From positions 16,682-80,681 of the forward strand of contig CAYYEP010000003.1 in assembly GCA_964470995.1 (NCBI GenBank): 64,000 nt of DNA, written 5' to 3'. A program made the translations under genes and the position numbers. Position 1 is the first letter of the stretch; every line of letters starts with the position of its first letter. Shown here one piece after another: positions 9,246 to 19,240 of this stretch. The notes under the pieces were generated by a model. It was given only the letters and a program-made list of their open reading frames with translations, was not told the DNA's origin and made no database searches. This DNA comes from an uncultured Candidatus Saccharibacteria bacterium. GTDB lineage: Bacteria > Patescibacteriota > Minisyncoccia > Minisyncoccales > UBA5738.

Positions 9246-10193
9246 ATGATGTGGTTAATGGTGGCAATATGCAGTTACATCCTCCTCGCGGTCACCTCGC
9301 TGATCGATAAAATCCTGCTTTCGGGTTCGCTTTCCGATGCCAAGCTCTATGCTTTCTATGTGGGAATTTTGAGTTCCGCTGCCTTTCTGCTTTTATTTTT
9401 CAATATCTGGGCCGGCCCTTCCGCCATGGTCATTGCACTTGGTATTGCTTCCGGAGCGGCACAGATATATGGCTCCTATTTCTATCTTTCGGCTTTGCGC
9501 CGGATGGAGGCGTCCCGCGCGGTGCCGATCATTGGCAGTTTGGTGCCAATTTTTGCCTTTCTTCTGACTGCCCTGGTCTCCGGAGGCCGGGCGATCCTTA
9601 GCCCCCAGGAGCTTGCCGGTTTTACTCTCCTTATTCTTGGCGGCTGGCTTATTATGGCGCGCGGCGTATCTCTTAAAAATGGGGGGTTATATTTTGTATT
9701 GCCAGCCTCTTTTCTTTTTGCCCTGACGGTCATTTTATCCAAACTGGTTTATCTGCGGCTTTCAGAAGTCGAGGGCAATTTATGGGGGTTTTTGCCGCTT
9801 TCATTTGCCAACGGTTTCCTGCTAATGTCGTTCGGTTCGGTTTTGGCGGCCCTTACGTTCCTTTTGTCGGGTAATGTTCGCCGGATCGTATTCGGCCATC
9901 ACAGCGTCAAAAAAGAATCCAAGCCCAAATCTTTGTTTTTCTTTGGCCAGATATTAGGCGCCGCCGCCTTCTTGTTGCAAAGCTTTTCGGTATCTATCGC
10001 GCCCCAGGCTAGCGTGCCGGTCATTAATGCGATGGCCGGGGTTCAGTACGTATTTCTTTTCTTCTTTTCGCTGGTTATATCATTTTTTGCTCCCGGGCTG
10101 ATCCGGGAAAAAAATGATTCGGTTTCTATCGTCCAAAAAGCCGCCGCCGTTATTCTCATTATGGGCGGTTTGGCGGTTTTTGCCCTAAAATAA
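9246..10193 (+). CDS. polytopic membrane protein (about 10 TM; EamA/DMT-like?)
   Basis: Hydrophobic throughout. No diagnostic motif. Confidence 0.3.
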   Translation: MMWLMVAICSYILLAVTSLIDKILLSGSLSDAKLYAFYVGILSSAAFLLLFFNIWAGPSAMVIALGIASGAAQIYGSYFYLSALRRMEASRAVPIIGSLVPIFAFLLTALVSGGRAILSPQELAGFTLLILGGWLIMARGVSLKNGGLYFVLPASFLFALTVILSKLVYLRLSEVEGNLWGFLPLSFANGFLLMSFGSVLAALTFLLSGNVRRIVFGHHSVKKESKPKSLFFFGQILGAAAFLLQSFSVSIAPQASVPVINAMAGVQYVFLFFFSLVISFFAPGLIREKNDSVSIVQKAAAVILIMGGLAVFALK

Positions 10194-10283
10194 GTTGCCC
10201 GGAGTTGGTTGCTGGGTAGTTCCTGCTCGAACCGACAACCCTTGGGGTATATTCTGGCGGGTGAATAAAAATGAGAAATAAAA

Positions 10284-11270
10284 ATGAGAAAGAAAAACCG
10301 CGTTTTATTGGTAATAATATTATTGGTGCTGGCCGCCGCGATTTTTTATCTTTATGTGCCGCCTATGGCTAAAAACATCACTTATGGCGTAGTTTTCTCC
10401 CAGAAGCACAGTTATAATATGGGGCTTGATTGGCGGCAAAACTACTCCGTTTTGCTCGACGATCTTGGCGTCAAGCAAATAAAATTGGCGGTACATTGGG
10501 ATATTATTGAGCCCAACGATGCCGAATACGATTTTTCCGACCTGGACTGGCAGTTGGAACAGGCGCGCCGGCATAATGCAAAAATAATGTTGGCCGTCGG
10601 TATGAAAACGCCCCGCTGGCCGGAATGCCATCTTCCCGAATGGGCGAAGAGCCTTAACAAGGATGTCCAGCAGGAAAAGATACTTCAAATGCTTGAAACC
10701 GTGGTGCGGCGTTACGGCGGTAATTCCGAGATCGTTTCTTGGCACATCGAAAACGAACCCCTTTTTCGCTTTGGCGAATGCCCTTGGGTGGACGAAGAAT
10801 TCCTGAAAAAAGAAGTAGCGCAGGTCCGCTCTCTTGACGCGCAAAAAAGACCGGTGATAATATCTGATAGCGGGGAAGGTTCGATGTGGTTTCGCGCCGC
10901 TCGCATTGCCGATATTGTCGGCGTAACTATGTATCGCCGGGTTTATTTCCATGAATTTAAAGTTTACGTAACCTATCCCATTCCTCCGGCGTTTTATTGG
11001 ATAAAATCCAAATTGGTGGAAATTATTTTTCACAAACCCGTGATCTGTGTTGAGCTTCAGGCTGAACCATGGGCCGCAAACCAAATTTACGACGGTGGCG
11101 ACGGCGATGCCAAGACAATGGACATCGGCCAATTCCGCCGGAATGTGAAATTTGCCCAAAACACGGGTTTTGGCACCATCTACCTTTGGGGTAATGAATG
11201 GTGGTACTGGATGAAGACCAAGCATAATCAGCCGGAATTTTGGGAAGAAGCCAAAAAAATATTTAAGTAA
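10284..11270 (+). CDS. membrane-anchored glycoside hydrolase (GH5-like TIM barrel)
   Basis: N-terminal TM. WHIENEP (the NEP catalytic-acid motif of clan GH-A). LAVHWDIIEPNDAEYDFSDLDWQLEQARRHNAKIMLAVG. Confidence 0.5.
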   Translation: MRKKNRVLLVIILLVLAAAIFYLYVPPMAKNITYGVVFSQKHSYNMGLDWRQNYSVLLDDLGVKQIKLAVHWDIIEPNDAEYDFSDLDWQLEQARRHNAKIMLAVGMKTPRWPECHLPEWAKSLNKDVQQEKILQMLETVVRRYGGNSEIVSWHIENEPLFRFGECPWVDEEFLKKEVAQVRSLDAQKRPVIISDSGEGSMWFRAARIADIVGVTMYRRVYFHEFKVYVTYPIPPAFYWIKSKLVEIIFHKPVICVELQAEPWAANQIYDGGDGDAKTMDIGQFRRNVKFAQNTGFGTIYLWGNEWWYWMKTKHNQPEFWEEAKKIFK

Positions 11271-11375
11271 ATAACAAATTTCCAATGGCAAATTGCAAAA
11301 TAAGATTGGAAAAAGAACGCGTTGGGTCTTAAACTCGTTTGGCATTTGAAATCGGGAATTTGGATTTAAAATATT

Positions 11376-12701
11376 ATGTCAATGTACGATCTTGATTCCA
11401 ACATAAATAATTCTTCGGCAATTCGGCAACCGGCCTCCGGTAAAAATAAGGCTCCGCTTGCCTGGTTCTTTATCGTCTTGGCGCTTTTCTCGGGTTTCGC
11501 TCTCGGGCTGATTTCCTACGGCCGGGTCGGTTTTCTTGCTGAAAGTATCGGCCTGATTCTGCCGCGGTTTGCGCCCGTTCCAATTCAAACCCAGGAGAGT
11601 TCCGCCTCGCCAGCTTCCGCGGAATACGTGCCGCAAACTACCCAGGAAGACGCCGTGATCAGTGCGGTCAAAGCTTACTCTCCGGCCGTTGTTTCAATCA
11701 TCATCACCAAAGACGTGCCGATCTACGAACAATACTATACCCGTCAGACCGACCCATGGGGATTTTGGGATTTTCAGGTGCCCCAGGTGCGCCAAAAGGG
11801 GACCGAATCGCAGGAAGTTGGCGCCGGTTCGGGTTTTATCGTTTCCGAGGATGGTATGATCATCACCAATAAACACGTAGTTGAAGATAAAGATGCCGAA
11901 TATACGGCGATCACCGTTGACGGTCAAAAATATTCCGTTCGAGTGCTTGCCGCAGATCCGGCGCAGGATATCGCGATTTTAAAGATCGATGGCGCCGAAG
12001 GACTTAAATTCTCGTCCGTTAAAATGGGCGATTCCTCCAACCTCCAGATCGGCCAAACCGTGATCGCCATTGGCAACACTCTGGGAGAGTTTAGCAACAC
12101 CGTCTCAGTTGGCGTGATCTCCGGCCTTCAGCGATCGATCACTGCCGCCGGAGGCGGTTCCAGTGAGACGCTGGAAAACCTGATTCAGACAGACGCGGCC
12201 ATTAACGAAGGCAACTCCGGCGGCCCCCTGTTGAATCTTAAGGGCGAGGTCATTGGCATCAATACTGCCGTGGCCAGCGGCGCCGAGAATGTGGGATTCG
12301 TCTTGCCCATAAATTTAGCCAAGCGTGATTTGGAACAGGTTAATACCTTAGGCAAGATCACTTATCCGTATCTGGGTATCTACTATACTATTGTTGACGA
12401 CCGGATCCGGGAGGACAACGGCCTGCCCGTCAATTACGGCGCCTGGGTTACTACAACCAACAAAGAAAATCCCAAAAGCGATATCACTCCGGTGGTAGCC
12501 GGTTCGCCCGCCCGCCTAGCCGGTATTAAGGATCAGGACATCATTCTTGAGATCAATGGCGTTAAAGTCGATAAGAATAATACTTTATCCCAAATTATTG
12601 CAAAATACGCTCCCGGTGATAAAGTGACCTTAAAGATCCAGCGCGCCGACCGGCAGGTTGACCTCGACGTGGCGCTGGGAGATCGCAGTGATTACGAATA
12701 A
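11376..12701 (+). CDS. htrA: HtrA/DegP-family serine protease with PDZ domain
   Basis: N-terminal TM. GSGFIVSEDGMIITNKHVV (His). DIAILKI (Asp). GNSGGPL (Ser). C-terminal PDZ-like region. Confidence 0.85.
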   Translation: MSMYDLDSNINNSSAIRQPASGKNKAPLAWFFIVLALFSGFALGLISYGRVGFLAESIGLILPRFAPVPIQTQESSASPASAEYVPQTTQEDAVISAVKAYSPAVVSIIITKDVPIYEQYYTRQTDPWGFWDFQVPQVRQKGTESQEVGAGSGFIVSEDGMIITNKHVVEDKDAEYTAITVDGQKYSVRVLAADPAQDIAILKIDGAEGLKFSSVKMGDSSNLQIGQTVIAIGNTLGEFSNTVSVGVISGLQRSITAAGGGSSETLENLIQTDAAINEGNSGGPLLNLKGEVIGINTAVASGAENVGFVLPINLAKRDLEQVNTLGKITYPYLGIYYTIVDDRIREDNGLPVNYGAWVTTTNKENPKSDITPVVAGSPARLAGIKDQDIILEINGVKVDKNNTLSQIIAKYAPGDKVTLKIQRADRQVDLDVALGDRSDYE

Positions 12702-12737
12702 ATAGCTTTAAAGCGTAAGGGAGGTGTATAACAAAGA

Positions 12738-12776
12738 TGCGCGGTTGCATTTTGTTTTGCGCTTTGGACTTTTAGC
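12738..12776 (+). CDS. possible 12-aa upstream ORF/leader peptide (MRGCILFCALDF) with strong SD, upstream of clpB
   Basis: GGGAGGTG Shine-Dalgarno sits 10 nt upstream of the ATG. Too short to assess. Speculative. Confidence 0.15.
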
Positions 12777-12791
12777 TTTAAACTTAAGTAT

Positions 12792-15500
12792 ATGAATTCT
12801 TCCGCTAATTTTACCCACAAGGCTCAAGAGGCGATTATGCTTGCCCAGGATTTGGCTCGTGAAAAGGGTCAGCAGCAGATTGATGCGCTTCATTTATTGG
12901 TATCGTTGTTATCGCAGGAAAAAAGCTTGATTCTTAACTTGTTTGAGCGTCTTGGCGTTGATGCCGAAACCCTGAAACGCAAAGCGTCCGCGGGATTGAA
13001 TCGCCTGCCGGTTATTCCTTCACCCCAGGCGTTCGGCCAGTTCTATTTGACACAGGATATGGCCAAGGTTCTTGAAAAGGCTCGCGAGGAGGCCTCTAAA
13101 ATGGGCGACGAGTTTATCTCGGTAGAACACCTGCTTTTGGCGCTTTTGGGCACCAATACCAAGGCGCGAGAGGTGCTTGACCGTGCCACATTCATTCGTA
13201 TGGAGGGAGGGGTCGCCCAGATGGAAGCTGAGACGCTGGATTACGAAACGGTTTTAAAGGAACTTGTTAAAATCCGCGGCGGCCAGAGGATTACTGATCC
13301 CGAACCCGAATCAAAATACCAGGTCATCGAAAAATACACCCGTAACCTGACCACTATGGCCCGCCAGGGGAAGATGGATCCGGTCATTGGCCGGGAGAAC
13401 GAAATTCGGCGCCTGATGCAGGTTTTAAGCCGCCGCACCAAGAACAATCCGGTGCTTATCGGCGAAGCCGGGGTGGGGAAAACCGCTATCGTTGAAGGCT
13501 TGGTCCAGCGCATTGTTTCGGGCAATGCGCCCGAAAGCTTGCGCGACAAGGAGCTTATTTCTCTTGATCTTGGCGCTCTCATTGCGGGCACTAAGTACCG
13601 CGGCGAGTTTGAGGATCGCGTTAAAGCTCTATTGCGCGAAATGGATCGCGCCGCCGGCCGTTATATATTCTTTATCGATGAACTGCACACCTTGGTGGGC
13701 GCGGGCGCGGCCGACGGCACTATTGACGCTTCCAATCTTTTGAAGCCCGCGCTTGCGCGGGGTGAATTGAAGGCCATTGGCGCTACCACGCTCAAGGAAT
13801 ACCAGAAATACATCGAAAAGGATCCGGCTCTGGAGCGCCGGTTCCAGCCGGTCTTTGTGGCCGAACCTTCCGTCGAAGATGCCAAAACAATTTTGCTGGG
13901 ATTAAAAGAAAAATATGAATTGCACCACGGCGTCAAAATCGACGAAAAGGGGTTGGAGGCCTGCGTTGAGCTTGCGTCGCGTTATATTCCCGACCGGTTC
14001 CTGCCCGACAAGGCGGTCGACCTGATGGATGAAGCTATGAGTTCCTTGCGTTTGGACATCGAATCCGAACCGGTCGAGTTTGAAAAAATGCGCAAGGATA
14101 TCCAGCGTCTGGAAGTGGAGCAGGAGGCAATCAAGAACGACAAAGATGAAGCTACCGAGATCAGATTGAAAGCTATTGCCCGCGAGTTGGCCGATATGAA
14201 GGAAAAAGCCGGTGCGGTTGAAGCTAAATGGCGCTCGGAAAAGGAAACTATCGAAAAAATCAAGAACGTAAAAAAACAGCTTGAAGGGTTTCGTTTCGAG
14301 ATTGAGAAAGAAGAATCCCATGCTAATCTCCAGCGCGTCGCCGAATTGAAATACGGTAAAATCCCGCAACTAATGAAAGAAATGAAAGCCGCCGAAAAAA
14401 AGCTGGCGCGGTTTCAGAAAGATCGCCCGATCTTAAAAGAACGGGTGACCGCCGAAGACGTGGCCAAAGTGGTTTCCCGCTGGACCGGTATTCCGGTGAT
14501 GCGCCTGATGGAAGAAGAGGCTCGCAAGCTCCAAAACCTGGAAGACATTTTGAAACGACGCATAATTGGCCAGGAAGCGGCGATTGTTGCCATTTCCAAT
14601 GCCATTCGCCGGGCGCGCGCGGGGATCGCCGAAGAAAACCGGCCTTTGGGCTCATTTATGTTCCTGGGGCCAACTGGCGTGGGCAAGACCGAAACCGCTA
14701 AGGCCCTCGCGGAGTTTATGTTTAACGACGAAAATGCCCTGATTCGGCTGGATATGTCCGAATATATGGAGAAGCATACCGTTTCACGCATTTTAGGTTC
14801 GCCTCCGGGCTACGTTGGCTACGAAGAAGGCGGCCAGCTGACCGAAAAGATACGCCGCCGCCCGTACTCGGTTATTCTTTTAGACGAGATCGAAAAAGCT
14901 CATCCGGAAGTGTTTAATATTCTTTTGCAGATCCTCGAGGATGGTCGTCTGACCGATGCCAAGGGCCGTGTCGCGTCGTTCAAGAACTCGATCCTTATTA
15001 TGACCTCAAATATTGGCTCCGAGATCATTGCCAAAGAAGCGGCACTGGGGTTCTCGGTCCATGCCGCCGACGAAGGCAGTACGGAAAAGATCCACGATAA
15101 AGTAATGGCGGTTTTAAAAGAATCATTCCGTCCGGAATTCCTGAATCGTATCGATGAGATTGTCATTTTTAACTATCTGGGCAAAGATCAGATCAAAAAG
15201 ATCGTTGACCTTGAATTGCGCAAAATCGATAAGCGGCTCCGCGCTAAAAGTATTGGCATTACCGTGACCGACGTCGCCAAAGAGATTCTGGCCCATCGCG
15301 GTTTTGATGCCAATTTGGGTGCTCGGCCCTTGCGCCGCGTAATTCAAAAGTTAGTTCTTGACGCCCTGGCATTAAAAATCGTTTCCGGGGAAGTGAAAGA
15401 GGGCGACAATGCGCTTGTTGATGCTCAAGACGATCAAGTTGTGATAAAGTTGCCGGTTAAAAACGCAAAACCCCGGAAAACCGCCAAAACCGCGGCATAA
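12792..15500 (+). CDS. clpB: ATP-dependent chaperone ClpB
   Basis: 902 aa. N-terminal Clp repeats. Two AAA+ modules (GEAGVGKT and GPTGVGKT Walker A). Long middle coiled coil. Sensor motifs. Confidence 0.92.
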   Translation: MNSSANFTHKAQEAIMLAQDLAREKGQQQIDALHLLVSLLSQEKSLILNLFERLGVDAETLKRKASAGLNRLPVIPSPQAFGQFYLTQDMAKVLEKAREEASKMGDEFISVEHLLLALLGTNTKAREVLDRATFIRMEGGVAQMEAETLDYETVLKELVKIRGGQRITDPEPESKYQVIEKYTRNLTTMARQGKMDPVIGRENEIRRLMQVLSRRTKNNPVLIGEAGVGKTAIVEGLVQRIVSGNAPESLRDKELISLDLGALIAGTKYRGEFEDRVKALLREMDRAAGRYIFFIDELHTLVGAGAADGTIDASNLLKPALARGELKAIGATTLKEYQKYIEKDPALERRFQPVFVAEPSVEDAKTILLGLKEKYELHHGVKIDEKGLEACVELASRYIPDRFLPDKAVDLMDEAMSSLRLDIESEPVEFEKMRKDIQRLEVEQEAIKNDKDEATEIRLKAIARELADMKEKAGAVEAKWRSEKETIEKIKNVKKQLEGFRFEIEKEESHANLQRVAELKYGKIPQLMKEMKAAEKKLARFQKDRPILKERVTAEDVAKVVSRWTGIPVMRLMEEEARKLQNLEDILKRRIIGQEAAIVAISNAIRRARAGIAEENRPLGSFMFLGPTGVGKTETAKALAEFMFNDENALIRLDMSEYMEKHTVSRILGSPPGYVGYEEGGQLTEKIRRRPYSVILLDEIEKAHPEVFNILLQILEDGRLTDAKGRVASFKNSILIMTSNIGSEIIAKEAALGFSVHAADEGSTEKIHDKVMAVLKESFRPEFLNRIDEIVIFNYLGKDQIKKIVDLELRKIDKRLRAKSIGITVTDVAKEILAHRGFDANLGARPLRRVIQKLVLDALALKIVSGEVKEGDNALVDAQDDQVVIKLPVKNAKPRKTAKTAA

Positions 15501-15503
15501 ATT

Positions 15504-16211
15504 ATGAACATCAAACAAACGCTTAAGCTTCTGTTGCTCGTTATTATTGTGCTTGCCGGCGGTTTGTTGGGCGGTCTGGCAACCTTCTATTATCTTGCCG
15601 CTGATCCTGCGGCTTTTGGCGGCGGCACCCAGGGACCGGTGCTTGTGGCGCAAAAACAGGAAACTATTGTGCGCGAAAACGAAGCCATTGTTGGTACTAT
15701 CGCCAAAATTTCGGGTATCGCAATGAATATTAAAGTAACCGGGACCAAAGGTAATGAGGTTGCCGGTTCCGGCGTCATCATCACTTCCGACGGTATGGCG
15801 GCGGTTCCATACGGTCTTTATCCTCCGGGTTCCCAGGCGGTAGTTTCGATAGGTGGTGAAAAAGTTACTTATACGGTCGCAACGCGCGATAAGGCCGCCG
15901 ACGTGGTAATCTTGAAGCTTGGCGGTTCCAATTGGCCTACTGCGGGATTTGCTTCGATTGAAGACATTAAATTGGGCCAGCGCGTATTTATGGTGGGAAC
16001 CATTTCGGAAAGCGGTTATTTCGCCAACGAAGGGATTATAAGGGTCATTGGCCAGGATTTGATTGGCACGACAATTGTGGAAACCGCGGCGGCCGCGGGC
16101 AGCCCCGTACTTGATATCGAGGGTAATATCATCGGCATCGCCTCCGTCGACAGCGGCGGTTTCGTCAGTATCATTCCAATCGCCAAGATCAAAGAGGTCG
16201 CCAACCTCTAA
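15504..16211 (+). CDS. trypsin-fold (S1C/HtrA-like) protein, probably catalytically degenerate
   Basis: N-terminal TM. GSGVIITSDGMAAV aligns to the HtrA His region but lacks His. AAAGSPVLDIEGNIIGI replaces GNSGGPL. Confidence 0.4.
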   Translation: MNIKQTLKLLLLVIIVLAGGLLGGLATFYYLAADPAAFGGGTQGPVLVAQKQETIVRENEAIVGTIAKISGIAMNIKVTGTKGNEVAGSGVIITSDGMAAVPYGLYPPGSQAVVSIGGEKVTYTVATRDKAADVVILKLGGSNWPTAGFASIEDIKLGQRVFMVGTISESGYFANEGIIRVIGQDLIGTTIVETAAAAGSPVLDIEGNIIGIASVDSGGFVSIIPIAKIKEVANL

Positions 16212-16213
16212 TG

Positions 16214-16270
16214 TCTGTATTTCAAGGTCGGTCCTTGGTACTCGTATTTTTGCCAAGGTGCGGCCTTGGT
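16214..16270. repeat. REP-like hairpin element
   Basis: ctgtatttcAAGGTCGgtccttggtactcgtatttttgccaaGGTGCGGCCTTGG. Confidence 0.65.
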
Positions 16271-16292
16271 TTTAACTGTTTTTTTTAATCCA

Positions 16293-16345
16293 AAAAGGTC
16301 GGTCCTTGGCTTTGTAGGGACCGGCCTTTTTAAACTGCGTTTTTA
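16293..16345. repeat. REP-like hairpin element
   Basis: aaAAGGTCGGTCCttggctttgtaGGGACCGGCCTTtttaaactgcgttttt. Shares the aactgYgtttt tail with the 18411 and 53558 copies. Confidence 0.6.
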
Positions 16346-16389
16346 CTTTTTATGTCCCAGTTGTTATAATGTTGAAATAACTTGTCCGT

Positions 16390-17118
16390 ATGGAGCGAAA
16401 ATACCTTATTGCGGCCGCGCTTTTATCGATAGGGTTGATGGGGGGAATTTTTGTGCTTGTCCGCCAAAATGGCGGCATTAAAATAGCTGCCGCCCGGATC
16501 GCCGATAGTTTGGGTGGGCAGGGGAGCGGTTGGGTGCAGATCCAGCCCCGAACCAAAGATGGCGAATCAAACCAGGAAATTTTCCAAGATAATTCGGCCA
16601 TATCGGCTCCGTCCGGTGCCGCCGACAAAGCTAAACCAGCTCCGGTCGTTTGGTGCGACCCTTTGTCGGCCTCTGCTGCGGAGCCGCTCCATGAGGTAAT
16701 CTTTAACGAGATTGCGTGGATGGGCACGGCGGCAAACTATAGCGACGAATGGATCGAATTAAAAAATATTACTGCCGGGCATATCGATCTTTCGGGATGG
16801 CAGATGCAGAATAAAAACAAAAAAATCAAAGTTTTTTTTGCCGCCGCCGATGTCTTGCCCGCCGATGGACTCTATCTTCTTGAGCGTACCGATGACGGCA
16901 CGGTTCCGTCCGTTGCCGCCAACAAAATATATACCGGCGGCATGGCAAATACCGGTGATGCGCTTTATCTTTTTGACAAAGATTGCCGGTTGCAGGACGC
17001 GGTTGCCGCTTCGCCTAAATGGCCGGCGGGAGATAATGCCGCCAAACTTACTATGGCGCGCCTTCCCGGCTTTAATTGGGCCAACAGCGTCTTAACCGGT
17101 GGCACCCCCGGCAAATAG
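16390..17118 (+). CDS. lamin-tail-domain (LTD) secreted/membrane-anchored protein
   Basis: N-terminal TM. VIFNEIAWMGTAANYSDEWIELKNITAGHIDLSGWQM matches the LTD fold signature. Confidence 0.5.
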   Translation: MERKYLIAAALLSIGLMGGIFVLVRQNGGIKIAAARIADSLGGQGSGWVQIQPRTKDGESNQEIFQDNSAISAPSGAADKAKPAPVVWCDPLSASAAEPLHEVIFNEIAWMGTAANYSDEWIELKNITAGHIDLSGWQMQNKNKKIKVFFAAADVLPADGLYLLERTDDGTVPSVAANKIYTGGMANTGDALYLFDKDCRLQDAVAASPKWPAGDNAAKLTMARLPGFNWANSVLTGGTPGK

Positions 17119-17144
17119 TCTTCTGAATTTGTATCCCTGAAGTG

Positions 17145-17205
17145 TGTATTTTTAAGGTTGCACCCGGCGAAGTACGCCGAGGTGCCACTCTTATCGACTG
17201 TATTT
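17145..17205. repeat. REP-like hairpin element (divergent)
   Basis: gtatttttAAGGTTGCACCcggcgaagtacgccgaGGTGCCACtcttatcgactgtattt. Confidence 0.55.
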
Positions 17206-17363
17206 ACCCCGTTTTTTGAAATTGTGTTAAAATTATGTCCTATATTGTACTAATCTCAATGTGAATAGGACAATTATCTGCTATACTGATATAATTAATT
17301 ATTCTTAGAGGGATACATAATGAATTTTCGGGGCGGAGTGCGTCCCGAAAATCAAATTCGAAT

Positions 17364-18194
17364 ATGGATAAAAATAACCTTATACAACTGACAAAAGACG
17401 TCTATCGGCTGTCTTTGTTATTTCCCAATAAGGAACCCTTGCGCTACCGCATAAGGGAAGCGGCCGACGATATTATCGCCGGGTTCATAATGAAGCGCAA
17501 TGATTATCTTCAGGATATTAAATTACAGCTGGAGGCCCTTGATAGTTTCTTTGATATTGCTTCTTGTCAGGATTGGACTTCTCCTTCGCGCGTGATCGCG
17601 ATTCGAGATCGGTACCGCGCCGTGGCTCGCGAATTGGCGCTGGCAAAGCCTTCGCCTGAACCCATCATTTTGCCCGGGTCGGCCTCTAAAGACGTGATTC
17701 AACCTGCCCCGGCCAGCGTTACCGAACCCGAATTCGCGCCTATAACGCCGCTCGAATCACTGGACAAGGACGAAATAATCCTCCCGCCGTCAATCGAAGA
17801 GACCGGGCCCGCCGCGGTTTATCCGATGTTGCGCCCGGAAAGCCGGGTGATTTCGGTCGAAGAACCGGCCGTCCTTCCGGCCATTCCCAAAGACTCTGCC
17901 GCCATCTCCCCGGAACCGGAAAATACCGAAGCAGACATTGATTTGGGCGAAGAAGAAAACGAAGAGGAAAGCGGTACCGGTTTGACTAGCGGCCAGATAC
18001 TGCGCCAAAACCGTATTTTAACCTTTTTAAAGGAAAATGGCGGTGCCCAAGTTTGGGAAATTCAAAAGATTTTTCCTGATGTGAGTAAGCGCACCATTCG
18101 TCGCGATTTTCGTTCAATGCTCCGGCAGGGGCTTATCGAACGCTATGGCGAGCGCAATACCACATCCTACAAGCTCAAAATTAATCTCTCCTAA
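17364..18194 (+). CDS. DNA-binding protein: N-terminal four-helix-bundle (23S rRNA IVS-protein-like?) domain, P/E-rich linker, C-terminal DeoR-type HTH
   Basis: C-terminal QILRQNRILTFLKENGGAQVWEIQKIFPDVSKRTIRRDFRSMLRQGLIER matches a DeoR-type HTH. N-terminal LLFPNKEPLRYRIREAADDIIAGF resembles the four-helix-bundle family. An acidic low-complexity region sits in the middle. Confidence 0.4.
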   Translation: MDKNNLIQLTKDVYRLSLLFPNKEPLRYRIREAADDIIAGFIMKRNDYLQDIKLQLEALDSFFDIASCQDWTSPSRVIAIRDRYRAVARELALAKPSPEPIILPGSASKDVIQPAPASVTEPEFAPITPLESLDKDEIILPPSIEETGPAAVYPMLRPESRVISVEEPAVLPAIPKDSAAISPEPENTEADIDLGEEENEEESGTGLTSGQILRQNRILTFLKENGGAQVWEIQKIFPDVSKRTIRRDFRSMLRQGLIERYGERNTTSYKLKINLS

Positions 18195-18197
18195 GTT

Positions 18198-18266
18198 CTG
18201 TATTCTGTATTTTAAAGGTAGCTCCTCGGCGGGCGTCGAGGAGCTAACTTGATAAGCTGTATTTAG
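18198..18266. repeat. REP-like hairpin element (divergent)
   Basis: ctgtattctgtattttAAAGGTAGCTCCTCGgcgggcgtCGAGGAGCTAacttgataagctgtattt. Confidence 0.5.
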
Positions 18267-18321
18267 ATTTGAGTCCATATTCCAGCGCACATTTTTTAGT
18301 TTTTTGTCAATATTGTTTTGC

Positions 18322-18350
18322 TTGTATTTTCGCTTAAAATGTGCTATAAT
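18322..18350 (+). promoter_or_regulatory. candidate sigma-70-type promoter with extended -10
   Basis: TTGTAT, then 17 nt, then tgcTATAAT (TGn extended -10). Lies upstream of the ECF sigma gene and is separated from it by two REP-like hairpins. Confidence 0.35.
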
Positions 18351-18410
18351 TAAAGTTAGGAGATAGTATCGCCCCACCCATATATTGAGTGGTATTCGGT
18401 GTTGTTTGCT

Positions 18411-18475
18411 GCGTTTTCAAGGTCGTTTCTCGGCACATCGTGTTTTTACCTGGGTGCGGCCTAAATAAACTGCGT
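18411..18475. repeat. REP-like hairpin element
   Basis: gcgttttcAAGGTCGtttctcggcacatcgtgtttttacctgGGTGCGGCCtaaataaactgcgtttc. Confidence 0.55.
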
Positions 18476-18477
18476 TT

Positions 18478-18540
18478 CAAGGTCATTTTTTTGGCAACTT
18501 GATAAAGGGTTGCAAAGCCTGACCTTGGGAAAACTTGAAT
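18478..18540. repeat. REP-like hairpin element (divergent)
   Basis: tcAAGGTCAtttttttggcaacttgataaagggttgcaaagccTGACCTTGGgaaaacttgaat. Confidence 0.45.
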
Positions 18541-18570
18541 TTCCCGATAGAAATAGGCGACTCGAAATCA

Positions 18571-19074
18571 ATGAATAAAGCACAAACGGAATTTGCTAAA
18601 ATATACGACGCCAACATAGACAAGATCTATCGTTTTGTTTTTCTGCGGGTTAATTCCAAAGAATCGGCCCAGGATATTGTCTCCGAAACTTTTACGAAAT
18701 GTTGGAACACTTACAAAGATGCTCCGGATAATATAAAAAATCCTCGGGCGTTTTTGTACCGAGCCGCTAAGAATCTGGTCATCGACCATTACCGCAAGCA
18801 GGGTAGGACACCCGCTGTCGCCGCCAATTTCGCCGATATTGAAATTGCCGATCCCAAAGCCGATTTCGAGCAAAAAGCGATCTTGGCCTCCGATATGGAA
18901 ACGGTGCGCAAAACTATGTTGGCGATGAATGAAGATTACCAGAACGCCATAATCTGGCGTTATCTGGAAGATATGCCTATCAAGGAAGTCTCCCAGCTAT
19001 TGGAACGTTCCGAAGAGGCCACCCGCGTATTGCTCCATCGGGCTATGAAGGATCTTCGCACCCGCCTCTCCTAA
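18571..19074 (+). CDS. RNA polymerase ECF-type sigma factor (sigma-70 regions 2 and 4)
   Basis: Region 2 (IYRFVFLRVNSKESAQDIVSETF). Region 4 HTH (IKEVSQLLERSEEATRVLLHRAMKDLR). The ORF-track start at 18535 is less likely than the Met at 18571. Confidence 0.8.
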   Translation: MNKAQTEFAKIYDANIDKIYRFVFLRVNSKESAQDIVSETFTKCWNTYKDAPDNIKNPRAFLYRAAKNLVIDHYRKQGRTPAVAANFADIEIADPKADFEQKAILASDMETVRKTMLAMNEDYQNAIIWRYLEDMPIKEVSQLLERSEEATRVLLHRAMKDLRTRLS

Positions 19075-19240
19075 CCGCATTAAATTTTGCATTTGTATCA
19101 GTAACGCGGCTCCTGCGTAGCAACATAAGTGCCGCCTTTACGGCTGCAATTCTATGTATGCATAAAATACATACTGTAACAAAATTGACATCCAGGCGTC
19201 ATAACTATATTCGGACCAAATATCGAATACCGCGAATACT

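Noticed and set aside
10320-11345. 341-aa minus-strand ORF
   Set aside because: It is antisense to the GH5-like hydrolase gene, which has clear NEP catalytic motifs. No recognisable domain.
15372-16256. 294-aa minus-strand ORF
   Set aside because: It is antisense to the clpB 3' end and the trypsin-fold gene. Low-complexity, motif-free.
19185-19211. ttgaca ... tatatt as a promoter for the anti-sigma-like gene
   Set aside because: The 15-nt spacer is suboptimal, and -35/-10-like hexamers are frequent by chance in AT-rich spacers. Not listed as a feature.
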